Assembly (NCBI RefSeq): GCF_009914755.1
Contig: NC_060948.1
Reading direction: 5' to 3' (one strand)
DNA length: 64,000 nucleotides
Origin: the human T2T-CHM13v2.0 reference genome, Homo sapiens
Numbering within the stretch: position 1 is the first letter of the stretch; each line of letters starts with the position of its first letter. A program made the translations under genes and the position numbers. The notes under the pieces were generated by a model, which saw nothing but the letters and a program-made list of their open reading frames with translations, did not search any database and was not told where the DNA came from. Below are positions 1-14,500 of the stretch, piece after piece.

Positions 1-35
1 GGAATGGAATGGACTGGAAAGCAATGGACTGGAAT

Positions 36-50
36 GGAACTTTCTTGAAT
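36..50. promoter_or_regulatory. Perfect three-pentamer heat shock element motif gGAAc-tTTCt-tGAAt, repeated once per DYZ1 unit
   Basis: Matches nGAAn-nTTCn-nGAAn. Also seen near 3555, 7114, 10673, 14247, 17786, 21345, 24909, 28463, 32007, 35570, 39128, 42687, 46265 and 49814. Motif match only; binding is not shown. Confidence 0.55.
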
Positions 51-1478
51 GGACTGGAATCAAACGGAATGGAATGCAATGCAATCAAATGGCATGGAAT
101 AAAATAGAATGAAAGAGAATCAAATGGAATTGAATCGAATGGAATCGAATGGATTGGAAAGGAATAGAATGGAATGGAATGGAATGGACTCAAATGGAAT
201 GGACTAGAATGGAATGGATTCGAATGGAAGGCAAAGGAATGGAATCTATTGGAATGGACTGTAATGGAATGGAATGGAAGGGATTGGAATGGACTCGAAT
301 GGAATGGACTGCAATAGAAAGGATTCGAATGGAATGAAAAAGAATTGAATGGAATAGAACAGAATGGAATCAAATCGAATGAAATGGAATGGAATAGAAA
401 GGAATGGAATGAAATGGAATGGAAAGGATTCGAATGGAATGCAATCGAATGGAATGGAATCGAACGGAATGGAATAAAATGGAAGAAAACTGGCAAGAAA
501 TGGAATCGAAATGAATGGAGTGTTATGGAACGGACTCAAAAGGAATTGAATGTAATAGAATGGAGTGGAGTGGACTCGAATATAATGGACTGGAATGGAA
601 TGAAATCACATGGAATGGGAACGAATGGAATGGAATGGAAAGGAATGGAATCGAATGGAAAGGAATCGAATGGAAGGGAATGAAATTGAATCAACAGGAA
701 TGGAAGGGAATAGAATAGACGGTAATGGAATGGACTCGAATAGAATGGACACGAATGCTCAAATTGAATGGACTCGAATGGAATGGAAACGAAAGGAATG
801 TCATCGAATGGAATTGAATCGATTGGAATGAAATCGCATAGAATGGAGTGGAATCAAATGGAATTGAATCGAAAGGAAAGGAAGCGAATGGACTGAAATG
901 AAATGGAATGGAATTGAATGGAAAGTAATGCAATGGAATAGAATGGAACGAAATTTCACGGAATGGAATCAAACTGAATGGAATCAAATCAATGGAATCT
1001 AATCAAATGGAATGGAAAGGAATTGAATGGAGTAGATTGGATTGGATGGGATTGGAATGAAATGTACTGGAAAGGACTCGAATTTCATGAAACGGAATGG
1101 AATGAATTGGAACGGAACGGACTCGAATGGAATGGAATGTCATGGAATGGCATCAAATGGAATGGCATCAAATGGAATGGAATCGAATGCAATGGAATGC
1201 TATGGAATGGAATGGAATGCATTTTAATGGAATGTCCTCTAATGGAATGGATTCGAGTGGAATGGAATCGAATATAATGGAGTCGAATGAAATGGAATTG
1301 AAAGGAATGGGATCGAATACAATGGAATATACTGGAATGAAATGTAATGAACTCGAATGTAATTGACTGGAATGGAATGTACATGAATGGAATGTAATCG
1401 AATGGAAATTAATCCAATGGAATAGAATCTAATGCAATAAAATCGACTCAGATAGAGTAGAATGTAATGGAATGGAGT

Positions 1479-1528
1479 GCAGTGCAATGGAATGGAATGG
1501 AATGGAATGGAATGGAATGGTGTGGAAT
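1479..1528 (+). repeat. Length-variable, near-pure (GGAAT)n tract inside the DYZ1 unit (first copy shown)
   Basis: The distance from the landmark GCAGT to GGATAGTAAT ranges from 50 to 110 bp across units, in multiples of 5. Confidence 0.85.
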
Positions 1529-2248
1529 GGATAGTAATGGACTGGAGTGAAATGGACTGGAAAGGAATGGACTCAAATTGAAAGGGCTCGAAAGGAATGG
1601 AGTCAAATGGAATGGTCTGGAATGGAATGAACACGAATGTAATGCAATCCAATAGAATGGAATCGAATGGCATGGAATATAAAGAAATGGAATCGAAGAG
1701 AATGGAAACAAATGGAATGGAATTGAATGGAATGGAATTGAATGGAATGGGAACTAATGGAGTGAAATTGTATGCAGTAGAAGGGAATAGAATGGAATGC
1801 AAGCGAAAGGAAAGGAATGGATTGGAATGGAATGGAATTCATTGGAATGGAAGGGAATGTAGTGTAATGGACAGGCCTGGAATAAAGTGGAATGCTACGG
1901 TCTCGAATGGAATAAAAATGTATGGAATGGAATGCAATGAAATGGAATCGAATGTCATAGAATGTAATGGAATGCAAAAAAATGGAATCCAAAATCATTG
2001 ACTGGAAAGGCTGGGTGTCGAAAGGAATTGACTCCAATGGAATGGAATCGAATGGAATGGAAGTGAATAGAATCGAACTAAATCGAATGGAATGGAATTG
2101 ATAGGAACGGAATGGAAAGGAATGCAATGATTTGGCATGGAATGGAATCGAATGGCATCGAATGGAATGGAATGGAATGCAATGGAATGGAATGTATTAG
2201 AATGTAATGAACTTTAATGGAATGTACTCGAATGGATTCGACTGGAAT

Positions 2249-2263
2249 GGAATGTTCTGGAAG
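2249..2263. promoter_or_regulatory. Perfect three-pentamer heat shock element motif gGAAt-gTTCt-gGAAg, repeated once per DYZ1 unit
   Basis: Matches nGAAn-nTTCn-nGAAn and appears intact in all 14 copies read. Motif match only. Confidence 0.55.
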
Positions 2264-2528
2264 TGAATGGACTCCAATGGAATGGATTCAAAAGGAATGG
2301 AATCGTACGGAATGGAATCTAATGGAATGGAATTAAATGGAAATGAATCAAATTGAATAGCACGGAATTGAATTGCATGGAATGGAATGCAATGGAATCT
2401 AATGAAACGGAAAGGAAAGGAATGGAATGGAATGGAATGGACTGGAATGGAAAGGAATCGAAACGAATGGAATGGAATCGAACTGAAGAGACTGGAATGG
2501 AATGCACTGGAATGGAAGGGAGTGTAAT

Positions 2529-2543
2529 GGAAGGTTCTCGAAA
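2529..2543. promoter_or_regulatory. Perfect three-pentamer heat shock element motif gGAAg-gTTCt-cGAAa, repeated once per DYZ1 unit
   Basis: Matches nGAAn-nTTCn-nGAAn. Intact in 12 copies and altered to ...TTCTCAAG in the copies near 9650 and 23885. Motif match only. Confidence 0.5.
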
Positions 2544-5500
2544 AAAATGGAATCGAATGGAATGGAATTGAATGGAACGGAATAGAGTCGAATGGAATTG
2601 AATGGAATGGAATGGACTAGAGTGAAATGGAATTGAACCACAAGGAATGGACATGAATAGAATGGTCTCGAATTGAATGGAATCGTATGGAATGGCATCA
2701 AACGGAATGGAGTGGACAGCCACGGAATGGAATGCACTCGAATGCAATGGAGTCGAAACTAATGGACTGGAATAGAATGGACTCGACTGGTACGGACTCC
2801 AATGGAATGGAATCGAATGGAAGGGAATCGAACGGAAGGGAATCGAAGGGAAAAGACTGCAATGGAAAGGTCTCGAATGGAATGGAAATTAATGGAATGG
2901 AATGGAATCGAATGAAATGGAGTCAAAAGGAATGGAATCGAATGGCAAGAAATCGAATGTAATGGAATCACAAGGAATTGATGTGAACGGAACGGAATGG
3001 AATGGAATCCAAAGGAATGGAATAGAATGGAATGGAATCGAATGGAAAGGACTCGAATGGAAATCACTCGAATAGAATGCAATTTAATAAAATAGGATCA
3101 AATGTAATGGAATGGAATGGAAAGGAATCGAAACGAAAGGAATGGAGACAGATGGAATGGAATGGAACAGAGAGCAATGGTATAGAATGGAATGGAATCA
3201 TCTGGAATGGAATTGAATGGAATGGAATAATATGAAATGGAATGGAATGGAATGGAATGGAATGCCCTTGAATTAAATGGACTGGAATGGAATGGACTCG
3301 AACAGAGTGGAATGGAAAGTGTTGAGGTAGAATGGAATGGACTCCTTTGGAATGGTGTAGTATGCAATGCAATCGACTGGCAGGGAATCAAAAGGAATGT
3401 AATCGAATGGATTGGACTGGAATGCAATGGACTCGAATAGATTGCAAACGGAATGCAAAGGAATGGAATGGAATAGTATGGAATGGAATGGAAAGGAACG
3501 GAGTGGAATAGACTAGAGTGGAATGGAATGGACTGGAAAGCAATGGACTGGAATGGAACTTTCTTGAATGGACTGGAATCAAACGGAATGGAATGCAATG
3601 CAATCAAATGGCATGGAATAAAATAGAATGAAAGAGAATCAAATGGAATTGAATCGAATGGAATCGAATGGATTGGAAAGGAATAGAATGGAATGGAATG
3701 GAATGGACTCAAATGGAATGGACTAGAATGGAATGGATTCGAATGGAAGGCAAAGGAATGGAATCTATTGGAATGGACTGTAATGGAATGGAATGGAAGG
3801 GATTGGAATGGACTCGAATGGAATGGACTGCAATAGAAAGGATTCGAATGGAATGAAAAAGAATTGAATGGAATAGAACAGAATGGAATCAAATCGAATG
3901 AAATGGAATGGAATAGAAAGGAATGGAATGAAATGGAATGGAAAGGATTCGAATGGAATGCAATCGAATGGAATGGAATCGAACGGAATGGAATAAAATG
4001 GAAGAAAACTGGCAAGAAATGGAATCGAAATGAATGGAGTGTTATGGAACGGACTCAAAAGGAATTGAATGTAATAGAATGGAGTGGAGTGGACTCGAAT
4101 ATAATGGACTGGAATGGAATGAAATCACATGGAATGGGAACGAATGGAATGGAATGGAAAGGAATGGAATCGAATGGAAAGGAATCGAATGGAAGGGAAT
4201 GAAATTGAATCAACAGGAATGGAAGGGAATAGAATAGACGGTAATGGAATGGACTCGAATAGAATGGACACGAATGCTCAAATTGAATGGACTCGAATGG
4301 AATGGAAACGAAAGGAATGTCATCGAATGGAATTGAATCGATTGGAATGAAATCGCATAGAATGGAGTGGAATCAAATGGAATTGAATCGAAAGGAAAGG
4401 AAGCGAATGGACTGAAATGAAATGGAATGGAATTGAATGGAAAGTAATGCAATGGAATAGAATGGAACGAAATTTCACGGAATGGAATCAAACTGAATGG
4501 AATCAAATCAATGGAATCTAATCAAATGGAATGGAAAGGAATTGAATGGAGTAGATGGGATTGGATGGGATTGGAATGAAATGTACTGGAAAGGACTCGA
4601 ATTTCATGAAACGGAATGGAATGAATTGGAACGGAATGGACTCGAATGGAATGGAATGTCATGGAATGGCATCAAATGGAATGGCATCAAATGGAATGGA
4701 ATCGAATGCAATGGAATGCTATGGAATGGAATGGAATGCATTGGAATGGAATGTCCTCTAATGGAATGGATTCGAGTGGAATGGAATCGAATATAATGGA
4801 GTCGAATGAAATGGAATTGAAAGGAATGGGATCGAATACAATGGAATATACTGGAATGTAATGTAATGAACTCGAATGTAATTGACTGGAATGGAATGTA
4901 CATGAATGGAATGTAATCGAATGGAAAGTAATCCAATGGAATAGAATCTAATGCAATAAAATCGACTCAGATAGAGTAGAATGTAATGGAATGGAGTGCA
5001 GTGCAATGGAATGGAATGGAATGGAATGCAATTGAATGGAATGGAATGGAATGGAATGGAATGGAATGGGATGGAATGGTATGGAATGGATAGTAATGGA
5101 CTGGAGTGAAATGGACTGGAAAGGAATGGACTCAAATTGAAAGGGCTCGAAAGGAATGGAGTCAAATGGAATGGTCTGGAATGGAATGAACACGAATGTA
5201 ATGCAATCCAATAGAATGGAATCGAATGGCATGGAATATAAAGAAATGGAATCGGAGAGAATGGAAACAAATGGAATGGAATTGAATGGAATGGAATTGA
5301 ATGGAATGGGAACGAATGGAGTGAAATTGTATGCAGTAGAAGGGAATAGAATGGAATGCAAGCGAAAGGAAAGGAATGGATTGGAATGGAATGGAATTCA
5401 TTGGAATGGAAGGGAATGTAGTGTAATGGACAGGCCTGGAATAAAGTGGAATGCTACGGTCTCGAATGGAATAAAAATGTATGGAATGGAATGCAATGAA

Positions 5501-8500
5501 ATGGAATCGAATGTCATAGAATGTAATGGAATGCAACAAAATGGAATCCAATATCATTGACTGGAAAGGCTGGGTGTCGAAAGGAATTGACTCCAATGGA
5601 ATGGAATCGAATGGAATGGAAGTGAATAGAATCGAACTAAATCGAATGGAATGGAATTGATAGGAACGGAATGGAAAGGAATGCAATGATTTGGCATGGA
5701 ATGGAATCGAATGGCATCGAATGGAATGGAATGGAATGCAATGGAATGGAATGTATTAGAATGTAATGAACTTTAATGGAATGTACTCGAATGGATTCGA
5801 CTGGAATGGAATGTTCTGGAAGTGAATGGACTCCAATGGAATGGATTCAAAAGGAATGGAATCGTACGGAATGGAATCTAATGGAATGGAATTAAATGGA
5901 AATGAATCAAATTGAATAGCACGGAATTGAATTGAATGGAATGGAATGCAATGGAATCTAATGAAACGGAAAGGAAAGGAATGGAATGGAATGGAATGGG
6001 CTGGAATGGAAAGGAATCGAAACGAATGGAATGGAATCGAACTGAAGAGACTGGAATGGAATGCACTGGAATGGAAGGGAGTGTAATGGAAGGTTCTCGA
6101 AAAAAATGGAATCGAATGGAATGCAATTGAATGGAACGGAATAGAGTCGAATGGAATTGAATGGAATGGAATGGACTAGAGTGAAATGGAATCGAACCAC
6201 AAGGAATGGAGAGGAATAGAATGGTCTCGAATTGAATGGAATCGTATGGAATGGCATCAAACGGAATGGAATGGACAGCCACGGAATGGAATGCACTCGA
6301 ATGCAATGGAGTCGAAACTAATGGACTGGAATAGAATGGACTCGACTGGTACGGACTCCAATGGAATGGAATCGAATGGAAGGGAATCGAACGGAATGGA
6401 CTCGAAGGGAAAAGACTGCAATGGAAAGGTCTCGAATGGAATGGAAATTAATGGAATGGAATGGAATCGAATGAAATGGAGTCAAAAGTAATGGAATCGA
6501 ATGGCAAGAAATCGAATGTAATGGAATCGCAAGGAATTGATGTGAACGGAGCGGAATGGAATGGAATCCAAAGGAATGGAATAGAATGGAATGGAATCGA
6601 ATGGAAAGGACTCGAGTGGAAATAACTCGAATAGAATGCAATTTAATAAAATAGGATCAAATGTAATGGAATGGAATGGAAAGGAATCGAAACGAAAGGA
6701 ATGGAGACAGATGGAATGGAATGGAACAGAGAGCAATGGTATAGAATGGAATGGAATCATCTGGAATGGAATTGAATGGAATGGAATAATATGAAATGGA
6801 ATGGAATGGAATGGAATGGAATGCCCTTGAATTGAATGGACTGGAATGGAATGGACTCGAACAGAGTGGAATGGAAAGTGTTGAGATAGAATGGAATGGA
6901 CTCCTTTGGAATGGACTAGTATGCAATGCAATCGACTGGCAGGGAATCAAAAGGAATGTAATCGAATGGATTGGACTGGAATGCAATGGACTCGAATAGA
7001 TTGGAAACGGAATGCAAAGGAATGGAATGGAATAGTATGGAATGGAATGGAAAGGAATGGAGTGGAATAGACTAGAGTGGAATGGAATGGACTGGAAAGC
7101 AATGGACTGGAATGGAACTTTCTTGAATGGACTGGAATCAAACGGAATGGAATGCAATGCAATCAAATGGCATGGAATAAAATAGAATGAAAGAGAATCA
7201 AATGGAATTGAATCGAATGGAATCGAATGGATTGGAAAGGAATAGAATGGAATGGAATGGAATTGACTCAAATGGAATGGACTAGAATGGAATGGATTCG
7301 AATGGAAGGCAAAGGAATGGAATCTATTGGAATGGACTGTAATGGAATGGAATGGAAGGGATTGGAATGGACTCGAATGGAATGGACTGCAATAGAAAGG
7401 ATTCGAATGGAATGAAAAAGAATTGAATGGAATAGAACAGAATGGAATCAAATCGAATGAAATGGAATGGAATAGAAAGGAATGGAATGAAATGGAATGG
7501 AAAGGATTCGAATGGAATGCAATCGAATGGAATGGAATCGAACGGAATGGAATAAAATGGAAGAAAACTGGCAAGAAATGGAATCGAAATGAATGGAGTG
7601 TTATGGAACGGACTCAAAAGGAATTGAATGTAATAGAATGGAGTGGAGTGGACTCGAATATAATGGACTGGAATGGAATGAAATCACATGGAATGGGAAC
7701 GAATGGAATGGAATGGAAAGGAATGGAATCGAATGGAAAGGAATCGAATGGAAGGGAATGAAATTGAATCAGCAGGAATGGAAGGGAATAGAATAGACGG
7801 TAATGGAATGGACTCGAATAGAATGGACACGAATGCTCAAATTGAATGGACTCGAATGGAATGGAAACGAAAGGAATGTCATCGAATGGAATTGAATCGA
7901 TTGGAATGAAATCGCATAGAATGGAGTGGAATCAAATGGAATTGAATCGAAAGGAAAGGAAGCGAATGGACTGAAATGAAATGGAATGGAATTGAATGGA
8001 AAGTAATGCAATGGAATAGAATGGAACGAAATTTCACGGAATGGAATCAAACTGAATGGAATCAAATCAATGGAATCTAATCAAATGGAATGGAAAGGAA
8101 TTGAATGGAGTAGATTGGATTGGATGGGATTGGAATGAAATGTACTGGAAAGGACTCGAATTTCATGAAACGGAATGGAATGAATTGGAACGGAATGGAC
8201 TCGAATGGAATGGAATGTCATGGAATGGCATCAAATGGAATGGCATCAAATGGAATGGAATCGAATGCAATGGAATGTTATGGAATGGAATGGAATGCAT
8301 TGGAATGGAATGTCCTCTAATGGAATGGATTCGAGTGGAATGGAATCGAATATAATGGAGTCGAATGAAATGGAATTGAAAGGAATGGGATCGAATAGAA
8401 TGGAATATACTGGAATGTAATGTAATGAACTCGAATGTAATTGACTGGAATGGAATGTACATGAATGGAAGGTAATCGAATGGAAAGTAATCCAATGGAA

Positions 8501-11500
8501 TAGAATCTAATGCAATAAAACCGACTCAGATAGAGTAGAATGTAATGGAATGGAATGCAGTGCAATGGAATGGAATGGAATTGAATGCAATGGAATGGAA
8601 TGGAATGGAATGGAATGGAATGGAATGGAATGGAATGGAATGGGATGGAATGGTATGGAATGGATAGTAATGGACTGGAGTGAAATGGACTGGAAAGGAA
8701 TGGACTCAAATTGAAAGGGCTCGAAAGGAATGGATTCAAATGGAATGGTCTGGAATGGAATGAACACGAATGTAATGCAATCCAATAGAATGGAATCGAA
8801 TGGCATGGAATATAAAGAAATGGATTCGAAGAGAATGGAAACAAATGGAATGGAATTGAATGGAATGGAATTGAATGGAATGGGAACGAATGGAGTGAAA
8901 TTGTATGCAGTAGAAGGGAATAGAATGGAATGCAAGCGAAAGGAAAGGAATGGATTGGAATGGAATGGAATTCATTGGAATGGAAGGGAATGTAGTGTAA
9001 TGGACAGGCCTGGAATAAAGTGGAATGCTACGGTCTCGAATGGAATAAAAATGTATGGAATGGAATGCAATGAAACGGAATCGAATGTCATAGAATGTAA
9101 TGGAATGCAAAAAAATGGAATCCAAAATCATTGACTGGAAAGGCTGGGTGTCGAAAGGAATTGACTGCAATGGAATGGAATCGAATGGAATGGAAGTGAA
9201 TAGAATCGAACTAAATCGAATGGAATGGAATTGATAGGAACGGAATGGAAAGGAATGCAATGATTTGGCATGGAATGGAATCGAATGGCATCGAATGGAA
9301 TGGAATGGAATGTATTAGAATGTAATGAACTTTAATGGAATGTACTCGAATGGATTCGACTGGAATGGAATGTTCTGGAAGTGAATGGACTCCAATGGAA
9401 TGGATTCAAAAGGAATGGAATCGTACGGAATGGAATCTAATGGAATGGAATTAAATGGAAATGAATCAAATTGAATAGCACGGAATTGAATTGAATGGAA
9501 TCGAATGCAATGGAATCTAATGAAACGGAAAGGAAAGGAATGGAATGGAATGGAATGGGCTGGAATGGAAAGGAATCGAAACGAATGGAATGGAATCGAA
9601 CTGAAGAGACTGGAATGGAATGCACTGGAATGGAAGGGAGTGTAATGGAAGGTTCTCAAGAAAAATGGAATCGAATGGAATGGAATTGAATGGAACGGAA
9701 TAGAGTCGAATGGAATTGAATGGAATGGAATGGACTAGAGTGAAATGGAATCGAACCACAAGGAATGGAGAGGAATAGAATGGTCTCGAATTGAATGGAA
9801 TCGTATGGAATGGCATCAAACGGAATGGAATGGACAGCCACGGAATGGAATGCACTCGAATGCAATGGAGTCGAAACTAATGGACTGGAATAGAATGGAC
9901 TCGACTGGTACGGACTCCAATGGAATGGAATCGAATGGAAGGGAATCGAACGGAATGGACTCGAAGGGAAAAGACTGCAATGGAAAGGTCTCGAATGGAA
10001 TGGAAATTAATGGAATGGAATGGAATCGAATGAAATGGAGTCAAAAGGAATGGAATCGAATGGCAAGAAATCGAATGTAATGGAATCGCAAGGAATTGAT
10101 GTGAACGGAACGGAATGGAATGGAATCCAAAGGAATGGAATAGAATGGAATGGAATCGAATGGAAAGGACTCGAATGGAAATCACTCGAATAGAATGCAA
10201 TTTAATAAAATAGGATCAAATGTAATGGAATGGAATGGAAAGGAATCGAAACGAAAGGAATGGAGACAGATGGAATGGAATAGAACAGAGAGCAATGGTA
10301 TAGAATGGAATGGAATCATCTGGAATGGAATTGAATGGAATGGAATAATATGAAATGGAATGGAATGGAATGGAATGGAATGCCCTTGAATTAAATGGAC
10401 TGGAATGGAATGGACTCGAACAGAGTGGAATGGAAAGTGTTGAGATAGAATGGAATGGACTCCTTTGGAATGGTGTAGTATGCAGTGCAATCGACTGGCA
10501 GGGAATCAAAAGGAATGTAATGGAATGGATTGGACTGGAATGCAATGGACTCGAATAGATTGGAAACGGAATGCAAAGGAATGGAATGGAATAGTATGGA
10601 ATGGAATGGAAAGGAATGGAGTGGAATAGACTAGAGTGGAATGGAATGGACTGGAAAGCAATGGACTGGAATGGAACTTTCTTGAATGGACTGAAATCAA
10701 ACGGAATGGAATGCAATGCAATCAAATGGCATGGAATAAAATAGAATGAAAGAGAATCAAATGGAATTGAATCGAATGGAATCGAATGGATTGGAAAGGA
10801 ATAGAATGGAATTGAATGGAATGGACTCAAATGGAATGGACTAGAATGGAATGGATTCGAATGGAAGGCAAAGGAATGGAATCTATTGGAATGGACTGTA
10901 ATGGAATGGAATGGAAGGGATTGGAATGGACTCGAATGGAATGGACTGCAATAGAAAGGATTCGAATGGAATGAAAAAGAATTGAATGGAATAGAACAGA
11001 ATGGAATCAAATCGAATGAAATGGAATGGAATAGAAAGGAATGGAATGAAATGGAATGGAAAGGATTCGAATGGAATGCAATCGAATGGAATGGAATCGA
11101 ACGGAATGGAATAAAATGGAAGAAAACTGGCAAGAAATGGAATCGAAATGAATGGAGTGTTATGGAACGGACTCAAAAGGAATTGAATGTAATAGAATGG
11201 AGTGGAGTGGACTCGAATATAATGGACTGGAATGGAATGAAATCACATGGAATGGGAACGAATGGAATGGAATGGAAAGGAATGGAATCGAATGGAAAGG
11301 AATCGAATGGAAGGGAATGAAATTGAATCAACAGGAATGGAAGGGAATAGAATAGACGGTAATGGAATGGACTCGAATAGAATGGACACGAATGCTCAAA
11401 TTGAATGGACTCGAATGGAATGGAAACGAAAGGAATGTCATCGAATGGAATTGAATCGATTGGAATGAAATCGCATAGAATGGAGTGGAATCAAATGGAA

Positions 11501-14500
11501 TTGAATCGAAAGGAAAGGAAGCGAATGGACTGAAATGAAATGGAATGGAATTGAATGGAAAGTAATGCAATGGAATAGAATGGAACGAAATTTCACGGAA
11601 TGGAATCAAACTGAATGGAATCAAATCAATGGAATCAAATCAAATGGAATGGAAAGGAATTGAATGGAGTAGATTGGATTGGACGGGATTGGAATGAAAT
11701 GTACTGGAAAGGACTCGAATTTCATGAAACGGAATGGAATGAATTGGAACGGAATGGACTCGAATGGAATGGAATGTCATGGAATGGCATCAAATGGAAT
11801 GGCATCAAATGGAATGGAATCGAATGCAATGGAATGCTATGGAATGGAATGGAATGCATTGGAATGGAATGTCCTCTAATGGAATGGATTCGAGTGGAAT
11901 GGAATCGAATATAATGGAGTCGAATGAAATGGAATTGAAAGGAATGGGATCGAATACAATGGAATATACTGGAATGTAATGTAATGAACTCGAATGTAAT
12001 TGACTGGAATGGAATGTACATGAATGGAATGTAATCGAATGGAAAGTAATCCAATGGAATAGAATCTAATGCAATAAAATCGACTCAGATAGAGTAGAAT
12101 GTAATGGAATGGAGTGCAGTGCAATGGAATGGAATGGAATGGAATGCAATTGAATGGAATGGAATGGAATGGAATGGAATGGAATGGAATGGAATGGAAT
12201 GGGATGGAATGGTATGGAATGGATAGTAATGGACTGGAGTGAAATGGACTGGAAAGGAATGGACTCAAATTGAAAGGGCTCGAAAGGAATGGAGTCAAAT
12301 GGAATGGTCTGGAATGGAATGAACACGAATGTAATGCAATCCAATAGAATGGAATCGAATGGCATGGAATATAAAGAAATGGAATCGGAGAGAATGGAAA
12401 CAAATGGAGTGGAATTGAATGGAATGGAATTGAATGGAATGGGAACGAATGGAGTGAAATTGTATGCAGTAGAAGGGAATAGAATGGAATGCAAGTGAAA
12501 GGAAAGGAATGGATTGGAATGGAATGGAATTCATTGGAATGGAAGGGAATGTAGTGTAATGGACAGGCCTGGAATAAAGTGGAATGCTACGGTCTCGAAT
12601 GGAATAAAAATGTATGGAATGGAATGCAATGAAATGGAATCGAATGTCATAGAATGTAATGGAATGCAACAAAATGGAATCCAAAATCATTGACTGGAAA
12701 GGCTGGGTGTCGAAAGGAATTGACTCCAATGGAATGGAATCGAATGGAATGGAAGTGAATAGAATCGAACTAAATCGAATGGAATGGAATTGATAGGAAC
12801 GGAATGGAAAGGAATGCAATGATTTGGCATGGAATGGAATCGAATGGCATCGAATGGAATGGAATGGAATGCAATGGAATGGAATGTATTAGAATGTAAT
12901 GAACTTTAATGGAATGTACTCGAATGGATTCGACTGGAATGGAATGTTCTGGAAGTGAATGGACTCCAATGGAATGGATTCAAAAGGAATGGAATCGTAC
13001 GGAATGGAATCTAATGGAATGGAATTAAATGGAAATGAATCAAATTGAATAGAACGGAATTGAATTGAATGGAATGGAATGCAATGGAATCTAACGAAAC
13101 GGAAAGGAAAGGAATGCAATGGAATGGAATGGGCTGGAATGGAAAGGAATTGAAACGAATGGAATGGAATCGAACTGAAGAGACTGGAATGGAATGCACT
13201 GGAATGGAAGGGAGTGTAATGGAAGGTTCTCGAAAAAAATGGAATCGAATGGAATGGAATTGAATGGAACGGAATAGAGTCGAATGGAATTGAATGGAAT
13301 GGAATGGACTAGAGTGAAATGGAATCGAACCACAAGGAATGGACAGAAATAGAATGGTCTCGAATTGAATGGAATCGTATGGAATGGCATCAAACGGAAT
13401 GGAATGGACAGCCACGGAATGGAATGCACTCGAATGCAATGGAGTCGAAACTAATGGACTGGAATAGAATGGACTCGACTGGTACGGACTCCAATGGAAT
13501 GGAATCGAATGGAAGGGAATCGAACGGAATGGACTCGAAGGGAAAAGACTGCAATGGAAAGGTCTCGAATGGAATGGAAATTAATGGAATGGAATGGAAT
13601 CGAATGAAATGGAGTCAAAAGGAATGGAATCGAATGGCAAGAAATCGAATGTAATGGAATCGCAAGGAATTGATGTGAACGGAACGGAATGGAATGGAAT
13701 CCAAAGGAATGGAATAGAATGGAATGGAATCGAATGGAAAGGACTCGAATGGAAATCACTCGAATAGAATGCAATTTAATAAAATAGGATCAAATGTAAT
13801 GGAATGGAATGGAAAGGAATCGAAACGAAAGGAATGGAGACAGATGGAATGGAATGGAACAGAGAGCAATGGTATAGAATGGAATGGAATCATCTGGAAA
13901 GGAATTGAATGGAATGGAATAATATGAAATGGAATGGAATGGAATGGAATGGAATGCCCTTGAATTAAATGGACTGGAATGGAATGGACTCGAACAGAGT
14001 GGAATGGAAAGTGTTGAGATAGAATGGAATGGACTCCTTTGGAATGGTGTAGTATGCAATGCAATCGACTGGCAGGGAATCAAAAGGAATGTAATCGAAT
14101 GGATTGGACTGGAATGCAATGGACTCGAATAGATTGGAAACGGAATGCAAAGGAATGGAATGGAATAGTATGGAATGGAATGGAAAGGAATGGAGTGGAA
14201 TAGACTAGAGTGGAATGGAATGGACTGGAAAGCAATGGACTGGAATGGAACTTTCTTGAATGGACTGGAATCAAACGGAATGGAATGCAATGCAATCAAA
14301 TGGCATGGAATAAAATAGAATGAAAGAGAATCAAATGGAATTGAATCGAATGGAATCGAATGGATTGGAAAGGAATAGAATGGAATGGAATGGAATGGAC
14401 TCAAATGGAATGGACTAGAATGGAATGGATTCGAATGGAAGGCAAAGGAATGGAATCTATTGGAATGGACTGTAATGGAATGGAATGGAAGGGATTGGAA

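Noticed and set aside
981-1005. DUX4-like motifs GAATCAAATCA and GAATCTAATCA
   Set aside because: Both miss the leading T of the TAAT/TGAT half-site, are easily generated from the pentamer background and vary between units.
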